Under the pieces are notes generated by a model. That model searched no databases. It had not been told where the DNA came from and saw only the letters and a list, made by a program, of their open reading frames with translations. From an uncultured Verrucomicrobiae bacterium (GTDB taxonomy: Bacteria; Verrucomicrobiota; Verrucomicrobiia; Chthoniobacterales; UBA10450), in NCBI GenBank assembly GCA_963801815.1, contig CAWDGJ010000002.1:704001-768000 (forward strand): a stretch of DNA of 64,000 nucleotides, in the 5' to 3' direction. Shown piece by piece: positions 43,102 through 52,033 of this stretch. The position numbers and the translations under genes were made by a program. How positions within the stretch are numbered: position 1 is the stretch's first letter; each line of letters begins with the position of its first letter.

Positions 43102-43830
43102 GTGAACTCCGACGAGAAAGACCCGGGTATTACCGATAAATCGCTTTTGAAAGAGGACGTCTCGAAAGCGACCAGCGAGTTAAACAATCTTCTTCAGATC
43201 ATTTCCGGCACCACCGCCGAAATCGCCAACATGAGGCAAGGAAGCGATGGTTCTGAGCAATATCTCTCGATGCTTCGGACAAGCATTCAACGAGCCGAAG
43301 CGGTCGCAGGTCATTTGGCGGAACAAGCCGGCGGGACCCACCAAAAAGCGGCGATGCATCCGCAGGTTTCGGGATTTGTGAAATCGAAGAAGGTCGCCGA
43401 AATGCCGGTAGCCAAACCGCAAATTCTCGTGGTCGATGATGAAGAGATGGCGCTGACGTTGGTCAAACAACTTTTGACCACATCCGGATACCAGGTTACC
43501 ACCGCCCAGTCTGGATTTGAGTGTCTCGATTTGTTCCGGCGGCGACCACTCAGTTATCAGCTGGTCCTGCTCGATTTGACCATGCCGTTTATGGACGGCG
43601 AGGAAACTTTTCATCGTCTGCGGGAGATCCGAGCTGACGTGCCGATTCTCCTTTGCACGGGCTTCATCCAAAATGATCGGCTGGAACGCCTGATGACTGC
43701 CGGCCTGTCCGGCTTCTTGCGAAAACCGTTTGCGCCGGAGGAGATCGCCAGCCAGGTGAAAGCAATTTTGGAGAGTGCAAAATACTCTCGAATGGGCGGA
43801 TTTGGCGGCAATTCTTCGCTGGTCGGTTAG
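43102..43830 (+). CDS. Receiver-domain protein with degenerate HisKA-like N-terminus
   Basis: SELNNLLQIISG, then ILVVDDE, LLDLTMPFMDG and KPF. Confidence 0.8.
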   Translation: MNSDEKDPGITDKSLLKEDVSKATSELNNLLQIISGTTAEIANMRQGSDGSEQYLSMLRTSIQRAEAVAGHLAEQAGGTHQKAAMHPQVSGFVKSKKVAEMPVAKPQILVVDDEEMALTLVKQLLTTSGYQVTTAQSGFECLDLFRRRPLSYQLVLLDLTMPFMDGEETFHRLREIRADVPILLCTGFIQNDRLERLMTAGLSGFLRKPFAPEEIASQVKAILESAKYSRMGGFGGNSSLVG

Positions 43831-43948
43831 TTGCACGCGACGCGTTGCCCCTCTGGCATAGCGTTGACGTAGCCCGAAAATTTTTCGGGGTTATTCTTGG
43901 TTCGAATCGTTGCGCTTTCACGCAAAACGGACAATCTAGGGAGTTCGT

Positions 43949-44022
43949 TGCCCTGTGGTGTAATGGTAACACAGCGCCCTTTGGAGGCGTTATTCTTGGT
44001 TCGAGTCCAAGCGGGGCAGCCA
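43949..44022 (+). tRNA. tRNA-Gln(TTG)
   Basis: TGCCCTG TGGTGTAATGGTAACAC, anticodon arm GCGCC-CT-TTG-GA-GGCGT, GGTTCGAGTCC, CGGGGCA-G-CCA. Confidence 0.96.
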
Positions 44023-44730
44023 TCCAAATTCCCCTCTAATTCTCGCGCCAGGAAAAAGATATGTCGCAAATGCGCGATTTGGACTTTGCGAATAGAAACG
44101 CACAAAAATGCACAAAAACGCAGTCTATTCGTCAACTATTCGTCAAACATTTTGAGCGGTGAAACCGGGTTTGAACTCTTATGGAACGAGAACCCGTTCC
44201 AGCCTGCTGACCCGTTGAGTTAAACAACTGATCCAGAATCAGATTCGCGAGGAGGAGATGGCTTCGCTAGGACTCGAACCTACCGCGAAAATCCAAATTT
44301 CCCTCATATAATCGCGGCTTGGAAGTTGTCGTACGCACAAATACGCACACAAGAAAAATGGATTGGGGAGCTTTGACGGGCAAAAACAGCGCACCAACTG
44401 GACACCTAACTTTCCGGCGCGGTGACGTTCCGTTTATCTCATCGCACTCAGATTTCCAGCGACGCATTGAGCGCGTACACGCGCCCCTAAAACACGAAAT
44501 TCGGTTCCGCGAAACTTTTGCGATCGGGTTGTGGACGTGCACGAATTCGACCGGAGCGTGTCCGAACAATATAAGCTGTTCCTTTTGGGCGACTACCTCC
44601 GGGCAAGCCCGGAACACCACCCTCCAAGTCTGGACAGTTGAAGAAGGATTTGGGATTGGAAGTTTGTTCCGCCAGACATGCTGCGCGGCTTGCGCGGCCA
44701 ACAATTTTCGAAATCATGAGGTCTCCTTTT

Positions 44731-45264
44731 TCATTGTTCTGGTAACTGTGCCAGTGTGCGTGAATTCGGCGGGACAACCCACACGGTCATGAAGAGCGGA
44801 TTTCGCCTCGCCCAAGAGAGTGCCTCTCGCTTCGTTTCAAAAAACCGATCAATCACTACTGCGTTTCGCTCGGAAACGGTGCGGCCCGAAATTCGCGCCG
44901 CTTTGCGATTTCTCACCGCGGGGCCGCTATCAACTGCCGCCGAATTAGTGCCATCGGGAAAAATCACGCTGCTTCCATAAGCAATGTGCCGCGTATCGAC
45001 CGAACAATCTCCGGTTTGTAGTCGTCGGCCGGTCGATTGACTACGGTTGGAACCAGCATCGCCGCGGGCCCAGTAAACCGTAACACGCGCCAGCAATGTC
45101 TGCTCGCCCGCGAAGGTGACTGGCACTACCAGTAGAGCAAGTGCAATGGTTATGACGAGCCCTTTCATAATCGTTTCCGATCTGGGCGCGATAATGTCCT
45201 TGACTGCGCGGGCGGCGAGATTCGCGTCTCCAGCTGGGTTAGGTTTTATTATTGGCGTATTCAT
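44731..45264 (-). CDS. Secreted 3D-domain-like protein
   Basis: ARVTVYW, CSVDTRHIAYGS, AAVDSG and VIDRFF (three-Asp pattern). Confidence 0.6.
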   Translation of the reverse strand: MNTPIIKPNPAGDANLAARAVKDIIAPRSETIMKGLVITIALALLVVPVTFAGEQTLLARVTVYWARGDAGSNRSQSTGRRLQTGDCSVDTRHIAYGSSVIFPDGTNSAAVDSGPAVRNRKAARISGRTVSERNAVVIDRFFETKREALSWARRNPLFMTVWVVPPNSRTLAQLPEQ

Positions 45265-45582
45265 ATTTTACCTTTGTTGAGTTAGTTAAAGCCATCACGT
45301 GGCATCGCGCTCACCGCTTATTGTCAGAGTCGTCCCTGATCTTGTGCAAAAGTGGATTCGAGCCCCATTAGGCTCCGAGTTTTTGTAATACAAAAAGTCG
45401 CGGACTCCTGGCGCATTCTCAAAGCGCTTCGTTCGCTACGTTCAAAAGTCTTTCCGCCGGGGAGATCCAACGCCTCCAATTAAGCGCAGTTTGCTGCGGT
45501 TCCACTGCCGCGGTGCGGTATGCCTCTCGGGCATGCTGAGAGAAGAAACATAACCAATCGCTTAACGCGGGGTGTGAGATTC

Positions 45583-45828
45583 TTAGAGCTTAATGTTTAT
45601 CTTGACGCTCTTAAGGCTGTTCGCAAGATTCCGAAGCATCTCATCAGTTCGACTTGTAGCCTCGTCAACTCCCCGCCGAAACTCTGTCGTTTCGATGAGC
45701 ATGTCGCAAGAGGGGCACTTTTGACTGTCAGCCTTCAGCCATTTCACGGTCTTATTGATTTGCTTGCCGCACTTAAGGCACGTAATTTCCAGAGGTAAAT
45801 TGTCGAATGAGAATCCCATAGTCTCCAT
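45583..45828 (-). CDS. Small zinc-ribbon protein
   Basis: CLKCG..CPSCD. Confidence 0.6.
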   Translation of the reverse strand: METMGFSFDNLPLEITCLKCGKQINKTVKWLKADSQKCPSCDMLIETTEFRRGVDEATSRTDEMLRNLANSLKSVKINIKL

Positions 45829-45948
45829 TCGCACAATAAATAAAACTTTTTGAATTGGCCAGCCCTTTACGCGAAGGCCGCCTCAAACTTCGCATCTTCT
45901 TTCCGGCGCAGGTAATTTTCTATCAAGAAATTCTGCCCACGATAAATT

Positions 45949-45971
45949 GCCGGCTTATCCATATGTTAGGC
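45949..45971 (+). other. attI-like (or attC 3' half) site heading the cassette array
   Basis: gccggcttatccatatGTTAGGC core site (GTTRRRY) just upstream of the first cassette ORF. Confidence 0.55.
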
Positions 45972-45983
45972 CGCTAAACGACA

Positions 45984-46382
45984 ATGAGAAATACACTAGG
46001 CCTGGGCGGTCCGCAACGCGACCTGCTATGCAACGGGCTGAGCGGCTTCCTTTTCTGGTGTCTTCCGTGGTTTGTGTTCGCGCTTGGTTGGGCTGTATCG
46101 CCCGTTTGGAGAACCGTTTTATGGACTGCATCCCTGGGTGCTATGGGAACACTATGTCTGCTCGACGCTGCCCGATGCGACCGCGTCCACTGTAGTTTCA
46201 CGGGTCCGTTCTTCATCCTGAGTGCTATTGTTTCGCTAGGATACGGTGTTGGGCTCTTGCCGCTTGGCCCGGTCGGATGGAAATGGATTTGTGCCGTAAC
46301 AGTTATTGGCGGCATCGCCCTCACCTGCGTTCCAGAACTCATCCTCGGTCGCTATCGGCGAAATGGACCTGACGACGCCTAA
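45984..46382 (+). CDS. Integron cassette 1: Cys-rich membrane protein
   Basis: About four TM segments and ARCDRVHCSFTGPFF; the stop codon lies inside GCCTAAC. Confidence 0.7.
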   Translation: MRNTLGLGGPQRDLLCNGLSGFLFWCLPWFVFALGWAVSPVWRTVLWTASLGAMGTLCLLDAARCDRVHCSFTGPFFILSAIVSLGYGVGLLPLGPVGWKWICAVTVIGGIALTCVPELILGRYRRNGPDDA

Positions 46383-46398
46383 CTCTTTCTCGTTAGGC
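46377..46398 (+). repeat. Collapsed attC (22 bp)
   Basis: GCCTAAC-tctttctc-GTTAGGC; the tail is identical to the end of the full attC at 46874-46888. Confidence 0.75.
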
Positions 46399-46496
46399 GT
46401 CGCTTACGCTCGCTGAAACAAAACACAAATAATGCAAACGCATATCGGTTCAGCAACGTTGCGATGGCTCTCTAATCCACCGACCTTCCGCACTCT

Positions 46497-46760
46497 ATGA
46501 ACATCTTTAGTTTATCCCACCTGCTTGAGCTGGTGAAGGAACTCCCAAATCCAGAGGATTTCATCCATGCTGAGCGGAATCGCAGTTCCGTGTTTCGCAT
46601 TCCAGTTCGTGATTGGGATGCCGTCCGAGACGCAGATCATCCCGAACGCGAGTTTGACGCACACGAGAACGCTTACGTCGAGTTTGAAATTATCCAATGG
46701 AAGAACACCAAAGGTGTCAATGCGCCACGCTGGGTGTTGAGAGGGTTCGTTGCTATGTGA
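46497..46760 (+). CDS. Integron cassette 2: hypothetical protein
   Basis: 87-aa ORF between GTTAGGCGT and ACGCCTAAC. Confidence 0.6.
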   Translation: MNIFSLSHLLELVKELPNPEDFIHAERNRSSVFRIPVRDWDAVRDADHPEREFDAHENAYVEFEIIQWKNTKGVNAPRWVLRGFVAM

Positions 46761-46792
46761 GTCATGAGCATCTGCTCCAGTCATCCCGCAAC

Positions 46793-46888
46793 GCCTAACC
46801 ACCCGATGAAGCCAACGGTCCCATTGCGGAAAAATCTCAACGTGTTTGCCAAGACACCCTGCCGGGGCTTATCTCTTTCTCGTTAGGC
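46793..46888 (+). repeat. Full-length attC site (96 bp)
   Basis: R'' GCCTAAC, L'' atgaagcc, L' ggcttat and R' GTTAGGC. Confidence 0.88.
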
Positions 46889-46911
46889 GGCGAAATAATT
46901 TCGAGGTAATA

Positions 46912-47277
46912 ATGGTTGAGACCCACGGCCTTACGCACATCAATCTAGCCGTCCGCGATCTGGGACGCGCGCTGCGGTTCTATGAGCAGGTCTTCGGTCT
47001 GCGCGAGTACGGGCGTGGGGACGGATTAGTCCATACTCAGGCTTTTGGGAGACACGACATCGTCACCTTCACCGAAGATCCCACCACCGCCGGTCTCAGC
47101 GGCGGCATCGCGCATTTCGGCTTTCGGCTCGTGGACCCCGGCGACATCGACCATGCCATCGCCGAAGTCGAACGCGCCGGAGGGCGCTTGCTCCGTCGTG
47201 GGGAGTTCGCTCCCGGCCTCCCCTACGCTTACGTCGCCGATCCGGATGGTTACGAAATTGAGATCTGGTTCGAGTGA
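46912..47277 (+). CDS. Integron cassette 3: VOC/glyoxalase family protein
   Basis: GLTHINLAVRDL..RFYEQVFG, HFGF and DPDGYEIEIW; GAGGT RBS. Confidence 0.88.
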   Translation: MVETHGLTHINLAVRDLGRALRFYEQVFGLREYGRGDGLVHTQAFGRHDIVTFTEDPTTAGLSGGIAHFGFRLVDPGDIDHAIAEVERAGGRLLRRGEFAPGLPYAYVADPDGYEIEIWFE

Positions 47278-47289
47278 GCTACCTGCGCC

Positions 47290-47303
47290 GCCTAACGTTA
47301 GAT
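47290..47303 (+). repeat. Collapsed attC (R''/R' fused, 14 bp)
   Basis: GCCTAAC immediately followed by GTTAGAT. Confidence 0.7.
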
Positions 47304-47593
47304 CCTGTGGCGCATGGCGATATTCCGGCAAGAAAGATCGTGGTTGTGACGTAGCAATCGGAAGCCGCATCCGAACGGAATTGTAGCGAATTGCGTAGCA
47401 GCAACCGGTTTTCTCACGAAGCGCGTCCGTTACAAATCAGCTGTTTCCACGAGGGAGCTTGTGTGAAACCGGGCGACCCCGGCAACAACACCATCGAAAA
47501 AACCCTGAATTCAATTTGTAGCTAATTTCGCAGCAGCCGAATCCATCTAACGGACAAAAACCGAGCACGGATGATGGGTCTAAGGCCCTCCAC

Positions 47594-47631
47594 AGGCGTT
47601 ATTCTTGGTTCGAGTCCAAGCGGGGCAGCCA
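47594..47631 (+). repeat. attR: duplicate of the tRNA-Gln 3' half
   Basis: 38/38 identity to 43985-44022. Confidence 0.92.
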
Positions 47632-47667
47632 CGTAAAAGACCTTCGGTCTCACGTGGCTCGCGCCAA

Positions 47668-49018
47668 TTATCTGCTCGACGTAGGACTCGACAGCGGAAA
47701 CGCAAACGTTGCAGACGGTGAAGCTGTCGAGGGGGCGCTCGCAGATGGCGATCGCCGATGGACTCGGCGACGGCGTGGGTGTCGGAGTCGGCGGCGGCGG
47801 AATAATATTTTCCCAGTGATGCAGGGGCACGGTCGCGCCGCCGATTTCTTCAACTAATTTCTGACACTTTTGCTGGAGTTTGTCCAAATCTGGCGGCCCA
47901 AACGGCGTGTCAGCAGTTCCGGGAAAGATCAAATAGGTGACTTTCAATTCGCTGACCGGCCGACTGTAAGGCGTGGATTGCGGATTGATTTCTTTTGCAA
48001 TCCGAAACGAGGCTTCGCCAACCTTGTCGTTCGGGCCGATGTCTCCCACAATCGCCGGATAAATTGCATCACCGAAAATGACGAGGGAATAGTCGCCAGT
48101 CTTTCCTCCATCGCTCGCGTGCGCGAACGCGCCCGGAATCACAATGTAAGGATCGGTCGTGCCGATGAGGAAGCTGTATTTCTGAAGCGTAGTCACTTCT
48201 GCGCGCAATTGGGTGATCGCGGGTCGCAAATCGCGCTTGCGATCGGCCGTCGTCGTCTTGGCATTGAATTCGTCTTCCGCCTTTTTCAATCGGTCTTCGG
48301 TGGCGGCGAGATACGGATTTGGTGCCGGCATTTTCTTCGACCAACGATAACTGGTGAACGGCTTGAAGTTCGTCGGCGCACCGGTCCCGACCGGCATCCG
48401 GTCGCTATCCGAACCATCACAATCGACATCCATGTCGGCTTGAAGCAGGAGCGCTTTGCGATGGGTTTGAGGGTGCTGCAATTGCAGGATTGTCTGACAA
48501 TCGAAGAAGTTGTGACGTGAGAGCAGCAGATCCAGCCGGCTAAGATTCTCGCGCAGCATTCTGAGCTTCGTGTCGTAGAGCTGGGCGAATAACGGCGAGA
48601 CCGGCTCGGTCGGGAGCATCGTCGAAAGCGCGGGCAACAGCTCCGGCAGTTTGGGATTCACTTTCGCCAGTTCTTCGATTGTTCGATTCGGCGTCGGCAC
48701 GCGCGCCTTCAATTTCAACTCAATTACGTAACTTTCCGGATCGACGCGTTCAGTGGTTGCATCTGCTCCTGGAGTCGGCTCAACAGTCGAGTGCAAAGTG
48801 ATTCCGCTGAATAATCGGCCGGTATCAAGTTTACCGGCAATCACCGGCGGTCGCGTGGGCGACGACTCCGGAGTCGAGGTCGGGGTCGGAGAAGTTTCTC
48901 GCGGCGCGAAATATTGCAAACGCTCCTGCGAAATCCAGCGATACAGAATCAAAGCAAAAATTATCGCCGCCAGGAGAACGACCAATCTTCGCAACGTCCG
49001 CAAACTCAGGTTTGCCAC
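47668..49018 (-). CDS. Glycoside hydrolase family 75 (chitosanase-like), membrane-anchored; probable frameshift near 47750
   Basis: ADMDVDCDG, PYIVIP and AIVGDIGP..VGEAS; Pro/Thr/Ser linkers; the Ser/Pro tail continues in ORF 47668..47853. Confidence 0.75.
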
Positions 49019-49021
49019 GGA

Positions 49022-49339
49022 TTACTTTTTCAGCCAGGCGATGATCGCCACCACGATCCCGATCACGCTCAGGATCGACATCAGGCCGGCCGGCATCGCT
49101 TTGCCGGTGCGAATGAATTTCGGGATGAATTGCGCTGCCAGCAGGAATGAAATGATCAGCGCAATGACGATTCCAATCATCCGGTTCGTCGGCAAAATCC
49201 AACCGGCGACAAGTAGCAAAACGCCCGTGACCACGCCGGCGATGATTGACGGCAAACTGCCGGCCTTCACATAACCGATCACCCCGCCGATGATTGTCAG
49301 CGCGCCGAAGATAAGAAAGTAAAGCCGCGTCGCGTCCAC
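49022..49339 (-). CDS. TMEM14 family membrane protein
   Basis: GGVIGYVKAGSLPSIIAG and K.MPAG. Confidence 0.85.
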   Translation of the reverse strand: MDATRLYFLIFGALTIIGGVIGYVKAGSLPSIIAGVVTGVLLLVAGWILPTNRMIGIVIALIISFLLAAQFIPKFIRTGKAMPAGLMSILSVIGIVVAIIAWLKK

Positions 49340-49481
49340 GTGTAAGCTTGGGACTCGTAATCCAACCAGCCCACACTGTCCAGCCGCGCCGTTATTTCGT
49401 CTCGAGGCTTCGAGCCGGACTACGCTAGCGTGCGATTCACTTGGCCAATGCCAGAGCGCAACGCGTCTGCTACATTCGCAA

Positions 49482-50820
49482 GTGCACTCATTCCGCTATC
49501 GCAACGGAAAACTTCATTGCGAAGATGTCGATCTTGCCCGGGCCGCGGAAGAATTCGGCACACCGCTCTATATATATAGCGCGAACACGATTCTCGATCA
49601 CTTCACCCGGCTCGATGCCGCGCTCGCACCGGTCGATCACCTGATTTGTTATGCGGTCAAAGCCAATTCGAACCGCGCAATCCTAAAACTCCTGGCCGAC
49701 GCCGGGGCGGGATTCGACATCGTTTCCGCTGGCGAACTCTTCCGCGCGATCAATGCCGACGCCGATCCGCAAAAGTGCACGTTTGCCGGAGTCGGAAAGT
49801 CGGCCGTCGAAATCGAATATGCCCTGGACCAGCGCGTTTACAGTTTCAACGTCGAAAGTGAAGCCGAGCTCGAGCTCATCGACCAGATCGCCGGCGAAAA
49901 AAAATTACGTGCACCGGTCGCGCTGCGCGTGAATCCAGACGTCGACGCGCACACTCACAAATACATCTCGACCGGTTCGCACGAAAACAAATTTGGAATC
50001 GCGCTGACTGATGCGCCGGCGATATATGAGCGCGCGAGCGAGAATGCGCAGCATCGAGATCGTCGGCGTGCAGATGCATATCGGTTCGCAAATTACCGAA
50101 GCCGGACCGTTCGCCGCGGCAATCAACAGAGTCGCGCCGGTCGTTCGCGATTTGAAATCGAAGCACGGCATCAAGTTTTTCAGCATCGGCGGCGGCATGG
50201 GAATCATTTACCGTCGCGCGTTGGAGAGCGGCTCCGGTAAATGGTGGCACGACCACGATGGCGAATCTTCTGCGTTCAGCGTTCAAGATTACGCGAATGC
50301 GATCATTCCATTGCTCCGCGACCTCGACGTTCGGATTCTGGTTGAACCCGGGCGATTTCTGGTCGGCAATGCCGGTGCGTTGCTGACGCGCGTGCGTTAC
50401 ATCAAAGAATCAGGTCAAAAAAAATTCGCGATCGTCGACGCCGGAATGAACGATCTGATTCGGCCGGCGTTGTACCAAAGCTTTCACGAAATCGTTCCGG
50501 TGAAACAACCTGGAGGGACGGGCTCCGTCCCGTCCCCACAAAGAAAGGACGACACGGAGGTCGTCCCTCCATCGCAGGAAAAAATCGACATTGTCGGACC
50601 CGTCTGTGAATCCGGTGATTTCTTCGCGCTCGATCGGGAGATGCCTAAGGTGCGCGAAGGTGACCTGCTCGCGATTATGAGCGCCGGCGCCTACGGATTC
50701 ACCATGGCTTCGAACTATAATTCGCGACCGATGCCCGCCGAGGCGCTCGTCCGTGGCAATCAGCTGAACCTCATTCGCAAACGGCAGACCTGGAATGATT
50801 TGATCGCGAATGAAGTCTAG
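49482..50820 (+). CDS. lysA: Diaminopimelate decarboxylase; frameshifted near 50037
   Basis: YAVKANS, NKFGI, HIGSQ, EPGR, GPVCESGD and MASNYNSRP. Confidence 0.93.
50511..50571. repeat. 61-bp palindromic REP doublet inside lysA
   Basis: Ends tggagggacg/cgtccctcca; a related 61-bp element is intergenic at 55987-56047. Confidence 0.8.
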
Positions 50821-50969
50821 ATGCCGTTGGAGCTGCCGCCGTCTCTGGCGACGGGGTCTTCCAATCTGCCGATGGGGAGATCGGTAGCGTAAAACAGTAG
50901 CGAACCGATTGAACTCCAAAGTTGCAGATCCTCGTTTCCTGCATAAATAGTGCTTCCCCTCGAATCGAG

Positions 50970-51692
50970 ATGAAACGTCTGCTCCTCGTTTGCATGTTGT
51001 TGATCCTGCCGTGGATGGCGAACGGCGCTAACGTTCCAAAAGGCGAATGGGTCCTGCTCGTCGGCGGTCCCTCGTTGAAGGAATGGGAACAATACAAACA
51101 GCAACCGCACGATCATTGGTGGGCGAATTTCGTCCGGGCCGCGCGTTTGCGGACCGAACAACTGCGCGACGGCCTCGGGCCGGACGCGCCAATCACCTGG
51201 CTGGTTTACAAACAGGGCTACATCGATCGCATGGCCCAGGAACATCAGGATCTGCTCGCGTTGATCGGAACCATTCGCGATAAATTCAATCTCAAACTGG
51301 TCTGGTTTAAGAACGGCGATGACGTCATCAATTATTTGAACAACGGCCAGGACCGTCGGCAGTTGAAAGTCGCGGGATTTGAATATTTCGGACACTCGAA
51401 CCGCGCCTGTTTCATGTTCGACTACAGCAGCAACGTCGACAGCGCCTCGAAATCGTTCCTGCACGAATCCCAGCTGCGCCAAATCCACGGCAACATCTTC
51501 GCCAAAAACGCCTACGTTCAGAGCTGGGGCTGTCACACTGGCGAAGAGATGAGCGCGTGGTTTTATCACGCCACCGGGATCAAGATGATCGGCGCACTTG
51601 GCAAAACGCAGTTCATGATGGAAGAGCTGCCCATTCTGACGTCAGAAGGCGGCAAGTGGGTGACTGCGCCGGAAAAGATGCCTAACAACTAA
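50970..51692 (+). CDS. Secreted hypothetical protein (GHSN and WGCH motifs)
   Basis: Signal peptide; FEYFGHSN..SWGCHTG. Confidence 0.7.
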   Translation: MKRLLLVCMLLILPWMANGANVPKGEWVLLVGGPSLKEWEQYKQQPHDHWWANFVRAARLRTEQLRDGLGPDAPITWLVYKQGYIDRMAQEHQDLLALIGTIRDKFNLKLVWFKNGDDVINYLNNGQDRRQLKVAGFEYFGHSNRACFMFDYSSNVDSASKSFLHESQLRQIHGNIFAKNAYVQSWGCHTGEEMSAWFYHATGIKMIGALGKTQFMMEELPILTSEGGKWVTAPEKMPNN

Positions 51693-51779
51693 CGTTGTTT
51701 TTCTTGCAGCCAGTCAGATTGGCAATAAGCAGGCTTGAAATTTGCAGCCAAATCATGGATGGAAGTGCGAACCCAAGTA

Positions 51780-51983
51780 ATGAAAACCGATGACCAGAGA
51801 GGAATCAGCGTAATCCTCCTTTACAGCGCGCTGCTGTTTGCGCTCATCGGCTGGGCCGGTGGAATGAAGGCCGAATACCATTACCGGGCACAAATCTCCT
51901 ATGGCAGTTTTGTCGTCGCGGCCGTGCTGGCAGGGCTAGCAGTCTTGCTCTTCCTGTTTTCGTTGGGCAAGCGACGCGGCTAG
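51780..51983 (+). CDS. Small two-TM hypothetical protein
   Basis: Two hydrophobic helices and a basic tail. Confidence 0.5.
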   Translation: MKTDDQRGISVILLYSALLFALIGWAGGMKAEYHYRAQISYGSFVVAAVLAGLAVLLFLFSLGKRRG

Positions 51984-52033
51984 CAACGTGACGTTGCATC
52001 CGGTTCTGCCGTCAACACTAGGAAAACACGCGT

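Larger units (their letters stand above)
43985..47631. mobile_element. Integrase-less genomic islet inserted at tRNA-Gln
   Basis: Identical 38-bp aggcgttattcttggttcgagtccaagcggggcagcca at 43985-44022 and 47594-47631; the interior holds atypical small ORFs. Confidence 0.88.

Noticed and set aside
44487..44718. Small minus-strand ORF with an AAGGAG RBS inside the islet
   Set aside because: No recognisable protein features, so it cannot be distinguished from a chance ORF.
47522..47667. GH75 ORF extension reading through attR (AAPLGLEPRITP)
   Set aside because: This is antisense translation of the tRNA duplicate, reached through a frameshift.
51680..51700. gcctaac...ctaacgtt as an attC remnant
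   Set aside because: It is explained by the codons Pro-Asn-Asn-stop, and there is no matching GTTRRRY at the gene start.
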